The notes below the pieces were generated by a model, which worked only from the letters and a program-made list of their open reading frames with translations, ran no database searches and was not told the origin of the DNA. Positions 1 to 12,256 of a stretch of DNA of 64,000 nt are shown piece after piece. The stretch's first letter is position 1. Each line of letters starts with the position of its first letter. Source of the DNA: Sphagnum compactum (lineage: Eukaryota); NCBI GenBank assembly GCA_965153455.1, contig OZ234493.1, forward strand, positions 19,148,213 to 19,212,212, in the 5' to 3' direction. Position numbers and translations under genes: made by a program.

Positions 1-424
1 TGTAATTATATAACAATTTAAGCTTCGAAAATATAACATAAATCACATAAACTAAATGTTTTTTTTTTTTGCATAAAATATAAAAAACTGACAATAACAA
101 AACATGTGTGTGTTTTGAAATTTTAAATGATTTTGGATGATTTAAAATCACAAAACTTGGCATTATGTTTCATACATTAAACATTTTAAATCTTGTTCAC
201 ATTGAAATCAATTTCAACCTAATTTAACTCAAATAACTAAAATATAAATATGTAACCCAAAAAAAACTCTTGGCAATTACATGATGTGTATGAATGCTAA
301 ACTTAAGTCATTAGATATCCCAATTGAATAACATTAGTGTTGTTACATGGTTTCAATTTGATTTTTCTGTTAATTTCCAATTCCAAGACCTTCAAAGAAT
401 TAATAATGGATCCAAGGGTAATAA

Positions 425-1338
425 TGTCGTAACCCTAGCCTTGGGCTCACGACCAAAGCAAAGGTTTGCAAAGGCGTGGGTCAAGAGTGAAGCTTGGGAG
501 TCACATTTCATGTTCCCAGGAGTGTAGGAAAGTGTGAGGGAATGAACCTTCACACTTCCAAATGAGCTCCCATTTTGCGAGTTGGAGTCCCGGTGGACTT
601 TCGAATTTTTAGAGAACGATTACAAGGGTAAAAAATCATTGGATTGAAAAGTTTTTTACACCATTGAAAATCTCTTGGAACGTAGATGTCTAAAGTGCAT
701 TCCATGACCCATTTGGGTGCTTAAAACACAAGTTATGGCCAAAAGAAGGGCCGGGAGTCAAACTGCCAATTTGACTCTCGAATTAAAAGTCGAGAATTGC
801 TTTGATTTATTTGCATACAGGTGGTGTGCCACATATCGTTGGAAAGCTCTCGACAAGGGTTACAATGTTGCTTTAGAACTCACATTAATCGGAGGTCTGC
901 ACAAAGAGTTATGGGCCTTCAAAGTTGTAGGAGTCTCAATTTCGAGAATTTCGGGATTCTAACTTGGGAGTCGTAGGACAAAATGACATTTTGATGCTGG
1001 CCCCATAGCCAAACACAGAGAAACTATAAAGGGAAAGGTGGTGGCTTCCCCCAAGTCCAGGTCATGGTGAGTCTTGTGAGTCTGTGTTTGCCCGTGGCTC
1101 ATCCGTGCACCAAAAATGTTCCAACTATGCACTAATCGATTTGTTGCTTGGTTTGTGCAAGTCTGTGTGAATAATTGACCCGTTTGTCATTCTTCCTAAT
1201 CCCCATCCCAGAACTCTAGCATGCCCTTCTACCTTCGAAGTGCTGCAAGTCATGGAACGTACCCTAATTTTTTATCTTTCCGTTGTTTTCACATTTGGAT
1301 TCGTAGTTGAATCTACTAAAGAACTTGGGGGTGCGTCA
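425..1338 (+). mobile_element. Solo LTR (about 914 bp) of an LTR retrotransposon family; strand given only relative to the copy at 29728-30632
   Basis: Starts TGTCGTAACCCTAGC and ends GGGGGTGCGTCA (TG...CA, short imperfect terminal inverted repeat). Flanks AATAA/AATCA give a 4/5 target-site duplication. It is colinear with the inverted copy at 29728-30632 and has no internal gag/pol. Confidence 0.8.
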
Positions 1339-3214
1339 AATCATCTTCAAAGCTTTAAGGGATTCAATTTCCAAGTTGTCAATTTTTAAAAAAAACTCAA
1401 TTATAAAAAAATATTTAAACAAAATTTTATTTAATTTTAATGACGAAAATAATTCTAAATCCAATAACTTTTGCTTTGTCATTTCAAAATTGCAAATCAT
1501 TTAATGTGCACATCATCATGCCTTGTCAAAATTTTTGTGATAGTATGAAAAATGCAACAAATAGCCCCAGAGTTTGGGACAATTAAAATGTGATCACAAA
1601 ACAAAACAAATAAAATAAAACAAAGACTAATCTTAACACAATAACCTTTCTTTATAATCATTTTCATTTTAGTCACAATCTCATTTGTGTCACCTATTAT
1701 TTTGGTAACCATCCCTTTTAGTAAGAAACACCATCTTTTAGAGTCACTTTGACATTCATTAATAACACAAAATATTTACAATTAAAAAAAAAACTATAAT
1801 GGGAGAAATTTAAAACAAATATTAGGGTTTATTAAATTATAGTTTCCTTGGGCATTGTTAGTGTTGTTATGTGTTAAGTTGTGCAAACTAACAACAATGA
1901 ATCCAATTGAAGAATTTTTAAATTTTTTTAAATTTTTTTAAAAATACAAATAAACAAAGAATGTGTGAACTTGTCAAGAAAACAAAAAATCTAGTTAACA
2001 AGGTACACAAGCTAATAATTAAAGAGCCCCATTTCAATGTAAATCATAACATTAGAATAGGCAAAAAAACGCAACCTTCTTCAAGTCTAATAATGCAAAG
2101 TAGAGCTTAGAATAAGCTATGTAGAAAATTTAAACAATTGGCACATTTATTCTACCACAATTTGTAAAGTTTTTAACCTATAATCACAATCTTGTAAAGG
2201 TTTATATGGAATGTGATTATACATGTTTAAATCACAATTCGTTAGTGTCACAAAAAAAAAGTGGTCACCAAAGGCATGATTACAAAGGGTGTTTACTGTA
2301 AATGCATAATCACAAGCTAACATTATTTCCCAAGGAGACATTTAATGTAAAGTTTGAGATCTACATGTGTCAAATGACCATTTACAAAGGGTATTAGGTA
2401 ATTGTCCAACCTATTTTTCATCACCTTATCATTATATAAATTTTTAATATATACATATTAAAGCCACTCTATATTAATTATAATCCATTATTTCAGATCA
2501 TTACATACTTTATATTATAATTAAATGAATTATTTGAATAAAATATACCCTATTTCTTAATTAATTAATTAATAATTTTTACTAACAACTAAGATATTGC
2601 ACCTTATATTTACACTCATATATTTTTTATTTATTTTTTACTAGTGTCCCCCCGGGGGTTATTTGACCAATTCTTAGATTTGTACAAGGACTACAATTTT
2701 ATTGCAGAATGGGGTCTTAGAGTTTTTGATAACCAGTGGTCATATATACAATCTGACCTTATTTGATTTTCTGAGAACACTAGTTACACATATGCAAGAA
2801 CCACCGGGATAACCGTTGGTTATTTGCTCGCATGTCTAATAAACTCCTAACAACCGGATAACATGATGCAAAAGAGTGATGAAGTAGTCAGGTGCCGCGA
2901 CAAGGAAAAGGATGTCATAAAGTAGAAGTCCTTATACTAAAGAGCGGATAAATGTTTGAAAGTCTCAACAGCTCAAGAAAAGAAGCAATAGGACCCTAAA
3001 GGAGAGGGAAAGAGAGAAGAGGGAAAGAAAACTAGAGGATGCCTAATTTTTTGCACAACACCAAAATAGGCGAATGCAAGATCACAAGAATTTGGATTTT
3101 AATAACAAAAGCATGATGTTGTTGTAAAGTTGATCAACCAACATTTGAAACTCTGGATTTTTTAACCAATCGGACTATATTGCCACTAACTATAATCAGT
3201 GCAACTAAAACTCT

Positions 3215-3439
3215 TTTTGGTGCTTTTGGCGTCAAATATATGTATTGCCTTTGGTTTTCTTTTCCAAATTGTGAGGGATCATTTACTAAGACTTCTTTTT
3301 GGTGCTTTTGGCATCAAATATATGTAATGCCTTTGTTTTTCTTTTCCAAATTGTGAGGCATCATTTGCTAAGGGCGAAAGCACCAGTTGTTTTTCTTTTC
3401 CAAATTGTGAGGCGTCATTTGCTAAGGGCGAAAGCACCA
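3215..3439. repeat. Nested local tandem duplications (about 82-bp unit x2, then about 54-bp sub-unit repeated)
   Basis: TTTTGGTGCTTTTGGC(G/A)TCAAATATATGTA occurs twice, TTTTCTTTTCCAAATTGTGAGG three times and TTTGCTAAGGGCGAAAGCACCA twice. Confidence 0.8.
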
Positions 3440-4449
3440 AATTCCATTTTATGTTTTGAAGTTGGAAATATGCCTAGGTTGAAAGTAGTTTGGCAATGGG
3501 TGAACTCAAAAAGTAACAATGCCATAGAGACATTCAAGATACCATCTATTCAAAAGAACAATACCTTTGCCAGCCCCAGGGGAAGAAATTCTCAATCATG
3601 TTCACTATGTGGAACTGGGATCATCTATGTGCTTGTAGCATAGAGTAGAGCTCCTTGTTTTGATCACCACTCTCAAATGGTTTCTTCCTTCAAAGGTTCT
3701 GATGGGCAGGATTAAGATTTTTTCTCTAACCCTTAACTCGGCCACCATATACAACAAACTGAATCTCAAATATCTAATTCCGGACCTTAATGACCTAACC
3801 ATGGAAGTTCGTTTGCCTCCTTCCAAAATTTCCCATTTGCTTTTCTCTTTCCAATGGACATATTCATGAGGATTTGATATTGTTAATGTGCATCTTTGCT
3901 GATTAATTGGAGCCTACATGTATACTACACCACATTTATATGAGCTGTCCACAATAGCTTTCACTGGGTTTCATGATCAAGTTTGCTAACTTAATACTAC
4001 AATCTGGTCTCTGTTATGCCACTTTGTGCAAGATGGCCAGCATAATTGCAACGTTTCTTAGTGAGAGTCAACTCAGCCTGTTTTTCCAGTTATTCCCCTT
4101 TTGCATGGTTATAACTTACAATCCCTTACCTCAAATTGTATTTTCAAGCAAAATGGTTCAAAGTTTAATCCACTTGTTACTGTCCAAATCTGAAGTTTGA
4201 AATCTTACCAAGACTATGATTTGGCTACCCAAAACATTAAGTCAACTTGAGACTGACCTTTGTTATTATAAGTTTTGTTAATATACACCCAAGTTTGAGA
4301 AATTTACAAGATTAACATTTAATAGTTAGATTTAAATTTGCCAGGGAAAGAAGTTTGACCATTGAAAAAAGTACCTATTTTGTGTATAAAATGGCAAACA
4401 TAACATACCATTCCACACTGAACTTCAAGTCGCAGCTAACAGCTTTCTT

Positions 4450-6340
4450 CAATAAACAGCTTCATTCTCTTCTCCATCAACCTCCACTTTGTCTGAATCA
4501 TCGAGAAATGGGCTTGTGCCATCCAGTTCTTTTGCACTCCAAACCTCGTTTGCAATCTCAGCATGTGGATTATCACCATCATGATCTCTAAGTGTCGTTG
4601 CCTCTTCACCATCTTTCACATTCAAGCAACAGCATCAAAAATTGAATATGCACAAAATTGTTCGTCATAAGATTGAACACGGTTTTAAAGTGTGAGTGCC
4701 CCAAAATTCTGAACAATTCATCACTATGGCAGTTTCCAAAGAAGCATGATAAAATGATCAGCTGATTTTCATCAGGAGTTCCCTTCTGAATCTGTACACT
4801 ACAAAACAGCATGTAATAACACATTGCAGTATACTAATAATACTATGTACCAAAGATTCCAACAAAGAGCAAAGTCTTTATACCCAGCACATCTTTCTTT
4901 TTGAGAAATTCTTTAGAGGCATTGTCAAGAGCCCTAACCTCTTGATTTTCCATCCTGGATTCCAAACTGGAGCTCTGATGTGGCACCCCCGATTGTCTGC
5001 CCTGATTCTACTGAATCCTGGAATGGTTCCTCTGTATCACTGATCTGCTTTGCGGCATCTTGCTTTACACTTCCCAGAAATTGCTCCCTTCCATCTTGCT
5101 GCACACTTAAGATCAGAAGCAACTTAGGGACTTTTCTCTCAACCCACACAAAAGAATTGGTAGCCTACAATTACAAACCAAGATCTTCAAATACAAAACC
5201 TTGACCAGAAAATCTGTCTTAATCTGTGCAATTAGCATTCCAGAAATGCCACATTTGCGTAGAAGCTAGAATCCACTACCTTCTCCAAGTATTAGATAAG
5301 GAAATGAGAAAGACAAATCAACTGTTCATCCAAACCTTGAACTATTATTTGGAGCTAACCTCAGATTTAGCAGAAGGCAAGTGCAGTCCACGCTCCGCGA
5401 ACCTGTTGCCTCCTCCCTTAAAGCTCCCAACACCCATACACCTCACTCCTCCAAATTCTGAGCTCCCAATTCTACAAGACTTTGAGCGCAGTAATGGTCC
5501 TTCTCTCTTAACTCTTGATGAATCCTCAGAGTATGCTGCGGGAATGGATCCTTCAATACTCTTCAACAGACTGAACGCCTGTATTTGCACACTGAATTTT
5601 TCACCCTGCTTTCTGGGTTGAGGAAAACCATTCCTTGTGAAGCTGGGGACTTCGGTTGCTGTCTGCAAACATTGTGAGGAGGAGATGGGTCTAGAAACCA
5701 AACCCTGCAGCCCCATTCTCTGTTGCAGTGACACCAATCTGCACACCAATGACTTGGTCCTCATCACTGCAAGAGTTTGTGAAGCAAAATTCCCTGTTCC
5801 AAAAGCAAGAAAGCAATCGAGGACTCTCTATTCTCTTCTCTGAATTGGCTGACTTTCTGCCTCCAACTTCTTCTGGTTTGATCTTTCTTTCAGATTTGAG
5901 ATAAAATCTCTGTCACTTACATATCAATACCTTGTTGATTTGCACCATGGATATTTTGCTCATCACTGCCTTTCGAAGGGTTTCAGACCTTCAAAGACTG
6001 ACTCACTCTATGTTGCAGAAAATTCCTTTGAAACATACAAAATCGAACTCTTACCTTGCTGATGCAATTTGCAACTAGTATACCAACCTTCAAAAATAAA
6101 ATCTTGCAAATAGAATCGACAAATCTGACACTCAATTCTCCCTCTCAAAATACCCAAGATGAACCTTCTTTGTGACTTCACAAGTCCTCCCAGCAACCTC
6201 CCCAAGAAGATCTCGTCTCTTCCTCCCCTCTCCTCTCCTCTCCTCTGTCTGCAGAATGCAGGTATTGAGAGACTTAACTTGGAAGTTTTTCTTACTAAGA
6301 AAATCCTACACCTCAAAGAGTGAACTATTCTTCTTCCCAA
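4450..6340 (-). pseudogene. Possible degenerate multi-exon gene of unknown product
   Basis: Minus-strand coding-like blocks with plausible AG/GT boundaries (e.g. ..gtgcag|CAAGATGGAAGG near 5100, acidic DGEEATTLRDHDGDNPHAE near 4610) are broken by stops and frameshifts. No family recognised. Confidence 0.3.
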
Positions 6341-7243
6341 AGCTCAAAATACACCCACAAAAGCCCAGCAAAACTGCAACTTTCAACGCCACGAATGCAC
6401 AAAGAACCACGGCCACGTCGAGAGTTTTTCCCTTAAAGTTCTCCAAACGGAAAAAAGAAGAACAAGAAGAAGATGGAAAGTCTGCACATAACTAGTAGAA
6501 GCTTCTTCTTTTTCACAAGCTAAAACGATGTCAAAACCTCATGAAACCTCACACTGCTTGATCACGCATGCTAAGAGCAGAAAGAATCAGTGTCCTCTTC
6601 CCTCCCCCTCCTCCTCCTCACAAACCCAATTGCAAGAACATGCGGAAGTATTTCTTGTAATCTTGGTTACTATACTACGGAAGTACTACTGCTGCTGATA
6701 TGGACAAGAAGAAGAAGAAGAAGAAGAAGAAGATGATGACGAGGATGGGATTTTGATCCTGTGAAGAAGAAGAAGATAACTTCGCACGCACAGGGCAAGA
6801 GCCAACGTAACTGAATTCTCCAAGCAATAAAGAGAGAAAGACAGGGCGATGGATGATGCGGAAGAAAGGACAGGAAGATCATCCACGCGGTGGGGCGAGG
6901 GGCGGCACATTGGCAAGTGACGCAATCGTCAGATTGTTCTGTTCTAAAAGTGAGCAAAACGCCGAATGAGAGGGAGGATCTCCTAGTGTGCCAGCAACAA
7001 GCCTTTCTGCACACACACGTACCTTCTTTGGACTAAACTCGTTGTCATTATGTGGACACAAGTGGCAACAGCAAGAGCACCAACAGCTTTTATTTTTTCT
7101 GCGAATTTCGAATTCCAGCCATGATCTGGATGATCCTAGTCACGCAGAAGATTGCGCCAAAGAGTCGTAGGACAGAGCCGAACCCTAGAAAAGATCAACG
7201 ACCTCTAGCTGCACATGAATCCCTCCCTAATCGCCGCACGACA

Positions 7244-7560
7244 AACCTCGTCTCCCGTCACGCTTGCACTCTCTCGTATCTCTGGTAACAACCTCGTCTC
7301 ACGCGGCGCTTGCACTCTCTCGTATGTCCGGTAACAACCTCGTCTCACGCGGCGCTTGCACTCTCTCTTATGTCTGGTAACAACCTCGTCTCACGCGGCG
7401 CTTGCAATCTCTCGTAGGCCTCGAAACAATCTCGTGTCTCACGACGGTTGCATTCTCTCTTTCTCTCTCGAAAGAAACCTCGTGTCTCACGATGCTTCCA
7501 CTCTCTCTCCATCTCTCTCAAATAAGCCTCGTGTCTCACGACGCTTGCAATCTTGCATAC
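7244..7560. repeat. Minisatellite, 46-49-bp unit, about 7 copies
   Basis: Unit AACCTCGTCTCACGCGGCGCTTGCACTCTCTCGTATGTCCGGTAAC starts at 7244, 7290, 7336 and 7382, with diverged copies at 7428, 7476 and 7525. Confidence 0.9.
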
Positions 7561-7868
7561 TATCTCTAAGGTTTTATTACGAGGCTTGCACAAATTGACT
7601 CTCAAGTTTCTCTCACTTTGTGAAATTTTTCTCTGTGTGTGCCTTATTGGGGAATGCGCATTTTGGTGAAGCATCTTCTCGTGGAACTCTGATCCAATTT
7701 ATGCGGCAATTGATTGTGGAAAATTGTATTATTGGCTCTGAGAAGAATATAGAACATCTCTATTCGGATCAGACCTCAAAAGGACATTATTTTGCTTACA
7801 GATTCAGATTCATTGTGGGTGCTTTGGTGCACTGCATTGCATGCTCCAAGGAGCACTGGCACAAGAAC

Positions 7869-8328
7869 ACACAATGATCCTTTTACCAAGCGAGATGTCT
7901 GTTATGAAATCATGAGGAGGAGGCACGATGATCCTTTTACAAGAGAGATGTCTGTTATGACATCATGATGTGGAGGCACGATGATCCTTTTACAAAAGAG
8001 ATGTCTGTTACGAAATCACGAGGAGAAAAGAAGGCACAAATGGTCCTTTTACAAGAGAGATGTCTGTTATGAAATCACTGAGGAGCAAAGAAGGCACAAT
8101 GATCTCTTACAAGAGAGATGTCTCTTGTGAAAGCATGGGCATAGAGCAAAGAAGGCACTATGATCTCTTACAAGAGAGATGTCTCTTGTGAAAGCATGAG
8201 CATAGAGCAAAGAAGGCTCAATGATCCTTTTACAAGAGAAATACATGTTTTGAAATCATGAGGAGCAAAGAAGGCACAATGATCTTTGTACAAGAGATAT
8301 GTCTGTTATGAAATCATGAGCATAGAGC
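7869..8328. repeat. Minisatellite, 53-62-bp unit, about 8 copies
   Basis: Core ATGATCCTTTTACAAGAGAGATGTCTGTTATGAAATCATGAGGAG(CAAAGAAG)GCACA repeats at about 7874, 7928, 7981, 8040, 8099, 8160, 8222 and 8279. Confidence 0.9.
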
Positions 8329-8712
8329 TGTGGAAGTGGCAATGTCACCCTAGATTTGACTATGTTCATTCCTCTGTGAAACACAAATAACAGTCTTTCC
8401 AGATGATTTTTACAGAGTGTTTGTCCAAAGCTCTAGTCTGTTACCTTGAAGGAAAAGGAAAAGGAAAAGGAGATTGTTTTATTTACAGTACTATGGTGCA
8501 TTGCATGGTCTAAGGAAGGAGCTCTGGCACAAGAAGGCACAATGATCCTTTTGCAAGAGAGATGTTTGTCATTCACAAGGAGCATGGAACTGTGGGGGGG
8601 TGGTAATTGTGGCTGTGTTCATTCATCCTATGTGAAACACAAAGCAACATTTCTTTCAGATGTTTTTTACATATGTTTGTCCAAAGCTCTTGCAGTTCCA
8701 CCAAGCCAATTT

Positions 8713-9860
8713 GTACTCTCTGAAGCTACATTGATGTGCTCAATTGCTTGCATTGTGTAATGTCCCCTGTGATTGAAGCTAGGCGCACTCCTTTGCTTTT
8801 GTCATGGGCTTATCAATGCAGCTTGCCACTGAGTGAAGCTTTGCATATAATCTGAAGCCAAATATATTATCCCTTCTTGCTCTGATGCCCAGAAGTCCTG
8901 AAATGTCTGCTACCATGCCAGAATCTTCTTCATTGGTAAACTGCACAGGCACTGCTAGATTGTACGACATCAAATTTGTGTGAAACTTGATTCTGCGAAC
9001 TTGCACAAAATTGATTGAGACAAACAATGAGAGCAACAGCATTCAAGGTACAAATAGAATCACAGTTATTCTAGTCTACAAATTTTCAAATTGCATTTAG
9101 CAAAGGCCTGAAAATTGTTCTTTAGTAGCCATTGTCATCTCTCACAATGGACTTCTGGCAGACAAAGTCACAGAAGCTTGTCAGAAGCTCCCCAAGCAAG
9201 GGAGTTGAAAGACAGTGGTGTGCAGGTTGGTGACACACAAGTGATGATGATGGGCACCATGAAGTCAGTCGAAGCCATGCTGAATCACATGAGAGATAAC
9301 TGGGCAGCTTGGTGGAACAAAGTGATGATGATCAGCACTGTGGAAGTCTATCACATCCATGCTGGATCACATGAGAGATAACTGGGCAGCTTGGTCACAC
9401 ACGTCATGATGATGGGCATCTTGAAGTCTGTCAAAGCCCATGCTGAATCACATGAGAGATAACTGTGATCACATCTCTAGAGCTCCATCTCTCCCCTCTG
9501 AGGAAAGCAGAGACCCAAACCGTCAGATAATCTCCCCCAAAGAAGCAACTGGAATATCTGCACTCAGGGACATTGCCAAGGGCCTAAAGACTGTCCTAAA
9601 CAGTTCAGTTTTCAAAAAGGCTGCTCATGAAGCTCAATGCAATGTGCCCAAAAGTAGTAAGATCTGAGCAATTGCTTTCTGCAACAAATGTGGCAGAAGC
9701 TTCCTCAGTGCTCCAAGCATGTGAAGAACTTCAACTGCACCTCTATTGTCAGGGGAGTCAGCAATCTCTGATTTCCCTTCCCACCAGATAGAAACTAAAC
9801 AAGGATCAGAATAACCAGATAGAAACTTAGATAATTTGGCCAAGAACCGTTTCCAATAGA
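8713..9860 (-). pseudogene. RRP12-like (ribosome biogenesis HEAT protein) pseudogene fragment
   Basis: Minus-strand frames give RGAVEVLHMLGALRKLLPHL..ILLLLGTL/ELHEQPFL/DSL*AL/SADIPVASLGEII and GLL/ASEQEGIIYLASDYMQS/VASCIDKPM/AIEHINVASES. These follow, in order, the plant RRP12 segments I recall (GAQEVLYILDALK..ELHQPLV..DSLNAL; LASEHEEAIFAA..CIDE..IEKLCA). Many frameshifts and stops. Confidence 0.6.
9241..9465. repeat. Tandem repeat, 81-bp period, 3 copies
   Basis: GT(G/C)ATGATGAT...CCATGCTG(A/G)ATCACATGAGAGATAACTG units start at 9241, 9322 and 9403. Confidence 0.85.
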
Positions 9861-10375
9861 TCTTAAGATTTCTCCAACTTTCTCTTCAGATTTCGGCAAT
9901 CTTGTGGGGTGACGATATGCCTCTGCACAACGGCGGCATTCCACTCACGAATAGTTTCAACACATTCCTGCCGCTCCAGCTTTCAAGATTTTAGGGTGTC
10001 AGAGTTCTGGAGGGTTTTCCGGCAATCCAAGCGGGTGAATTTTCAGGATGAGGTTCAATCTGGAATTGCCCGACTGAGAAATGCACAGGTGGTGGTGGGA
10101 GAGAGATTGGAGTTGGGTCGACTTCGGATGCTCGAGAGGGATTGAATTTGTGTCCACTTTGGATGCTCGAGAGGGATTTGCATTTGGGTCTACTTCGGAT
10201 TCTCTTCTCGCTTTTGTTTGCCGAAAATTCTTGACCTGATTAGAGTGATATCTTCCGAAGCAAATCGAATGATTGGACACAATCTATGCAAGATGCAAGA
10301 TCTCATCAAGTTGGCTTTTATGCGATCAAAGGTACATGATTTATTACGAAGTCCCTGGAGGTCAGAGAGAGAACC

Positions 10376-11952
10376 TGTGCGGGAGTTCTTCTTGGATCCT
10401 TCACAATGGTGGGATCACAGATCTGGGAAGGTAACCGAACATCAATCTTGTCAGAGACTTCATATGTCACTGGAGCCATAGCTCTTGTTGGTGTCAATCT
10501 TGTTGTTCTCTCTCTCTCTCTTGGTTGCTATCCTGCCATGGTCTAAAGCTTTGGCAGAAATTCTCTTCAGATCCTTTGAACTGGTGGGGGATAGTAGTAG
10601 TAGGGCTGGAGAAGGTAAGTAACTGCAATGTGCTTGTGGAAAAATTCTCTTGCTGATGGGGAAGATCAGTGTGGCTTTCTCTGTTCTTAGAATAGAATTT
10701 TATGCCAGGGATGTGGAGATTCACATGGCTGATCAGTTTGATCTGGATTTCTGGTACCTGGATTTCAAGCACAAGAAGACACAGGAAGGACTCTGGCTTG
10801 ACAGCTGAGGAAACCTGCCATTGGTGGCAGCAGATGTGGCTGCAATGGCACCAGGCACAGTTCAATTGAACATTTTTGCATGGAATAAGAAGCTTACAAA
10901 ATATGTGAATCATGGGCAACCTGAGAACGTGATGCAGCTCTTCTGATAAATGCAATGAGAATGAATGAGTCCTGACAAATTCACTTTTTTTCAGGTGATT
11001 AACGCATGTGCTGGTTTGGGAGCACTCAAAGATAGCAGGCATGCTCATCAATGGATCATTGAAAGTGGTTTTGAGTCTGATGTCTTTGTGGGGTGTAGCC
11101 TCATTGACATGTATTCAAAATGTGGGGGCATCGACAATGCTTGGAGAGTGTTCAACAAGATGCCACCACACAATGTGGTCACTTGGAATGCCATGATATT
11201 GAGACTTGTGAAATGTAGGCAAGGGTACAATGCACTTGAACTACTTTGACATATGCAACAGGAAACTGTGTGGCCAGACTCTGTTACTTTCATGGGGGTG
11301 CTGAATGTATGTGCCAGCATAATTTGAACTTGAAGACGGCAGGTGTGTTCATGAGCACATTGTTAAAATGTTATGAAATCAGATATCTTTGTGGAAAATA
11401 GCCTTATTGCCATGTATATGAAATGTGAGAGCATGGAGGATGTATGCAAAATGAGGGAGCATTTCAAAATGTGGTCTCTTGGAATGCCATATTTGGAGGA
11501 TGTGCCATGCATGGGCATGGTAAGGAAGCTCTTAAACAATTTGATCAGATGTGGGAAGAAGGTGTCAGTTAGATGATGTTACTTTTGTTTGTCTTCTGTC
11601 AGTTTGTAGCCATGCAGGTTTGGTGGATGATGGCATGCGCTGCTATTGAAAGTGTTGCAATGGCAGACAAAGGAAACAGATGTGAAAAAACTCCTGGATT
11701 GAAGTGAATAACAAGGTGCATACAATGGTAGTAGATGATCAGGACCACCCTCAGGTGACTTCAATCATGCAGAATTGAAGAGACTGTCAGGGCTCATGCA
11801 TGATACAGAGTTCATGCCATACACTAAATTAGTGCTACATGATGTGGAAGAAGGAGATGAAGAAGAAGGGTGCTTCATTTGTGTCACCATAGCAAGAAAT
11901 TGGCTATTACACTGTGGCTCATGAAACACAAACTCCTGGTACTCCACTCTGA
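10376..11952 (+). pseudogene. PLS-class PPR-DYW pseudogene with N-terminal OSB-type PDF motif
   Basis: An exon REFFLDPSQWWDHRSGK ends at a GT donor (10431). YLDFKHKKTQEGLWL follows at 10755 and runs into PPR motifs (SPDKFTFFQVINACAG, ESDVFVGCSLIDMYSKCG, NVVTWNAMI). Then come the PG-box-like WIEVNNKVH and the DYW start (FVLHDVEE..LCHHSKKLAI..TPGTPL*). It has many stops and frameshifts, an internal deletion near 11650, and no DYW C-terminus. Confidence 0.9.
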
Positions 11953-12092
11953 CCAATCCAGCATTCATGCCCTCACAAGTAGGCTGACAAGTCTTTGTAG
12001 TTTATTATTGACTGTTAAATGGGGAAGAGCTCTGGCAATTTGGAGTTCATGAAAACTCATGCTGTCAGGAAAGGTTGTGATATGCTTGGCAG

Positions 12093-12256
12093 GTTCAAAA
12101 CCTGTTCAATCCAAAATATAGTGGAACTATATAAGATTTGAAGTTGATTTGGAAGAATAATGGCATCCCTGGCTTTGGCAAAGGCAATGGCACCAGCTTT
12201 GCATGAATTATCCTTAACCCTGCAGTGAAGTTTTACAGTTATGAGCAGGCATCTAG
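12093..12256 (+). pseudogene. Mitochondrial carrier (ADNT1-like) isolated exon fragment
   Basis: After cag|: VQNLFNPKYSGTI*DLKLIWKNNGIPGFGKGNGTSFA*IILNPAVKFYSYEQAS. This matches the ADNT1-type segment QVQNP..KYxGTxQGLKxIW..EG..GxFKGNGTNCARIxPNSAVKFxSYEQAS and has two in-frame stops. Confidence 0.8.

Noticed and set aside
2640-2660. CTAG next to a CCCCCGGGGG palindrome as a Helitron 3' end
   Set aside because: The palindrome is short and closer to CTAG than usual, and no matching 5' end or second copy is in the window.
6707-6745. (GAA)n run giving poly-Ser, poly-Leu or poly-Glu ORFs
   Set aside because: A simple microsatellite; the surrounding ORFs are short and have no domain.
7244-8328. 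Regularly spaced repeats resembling CRISPR arrays
   Set aside because: Whole units repeat with no unique spacers, there are no cas genes, and the context is eukaryotic; these are minisatellites.
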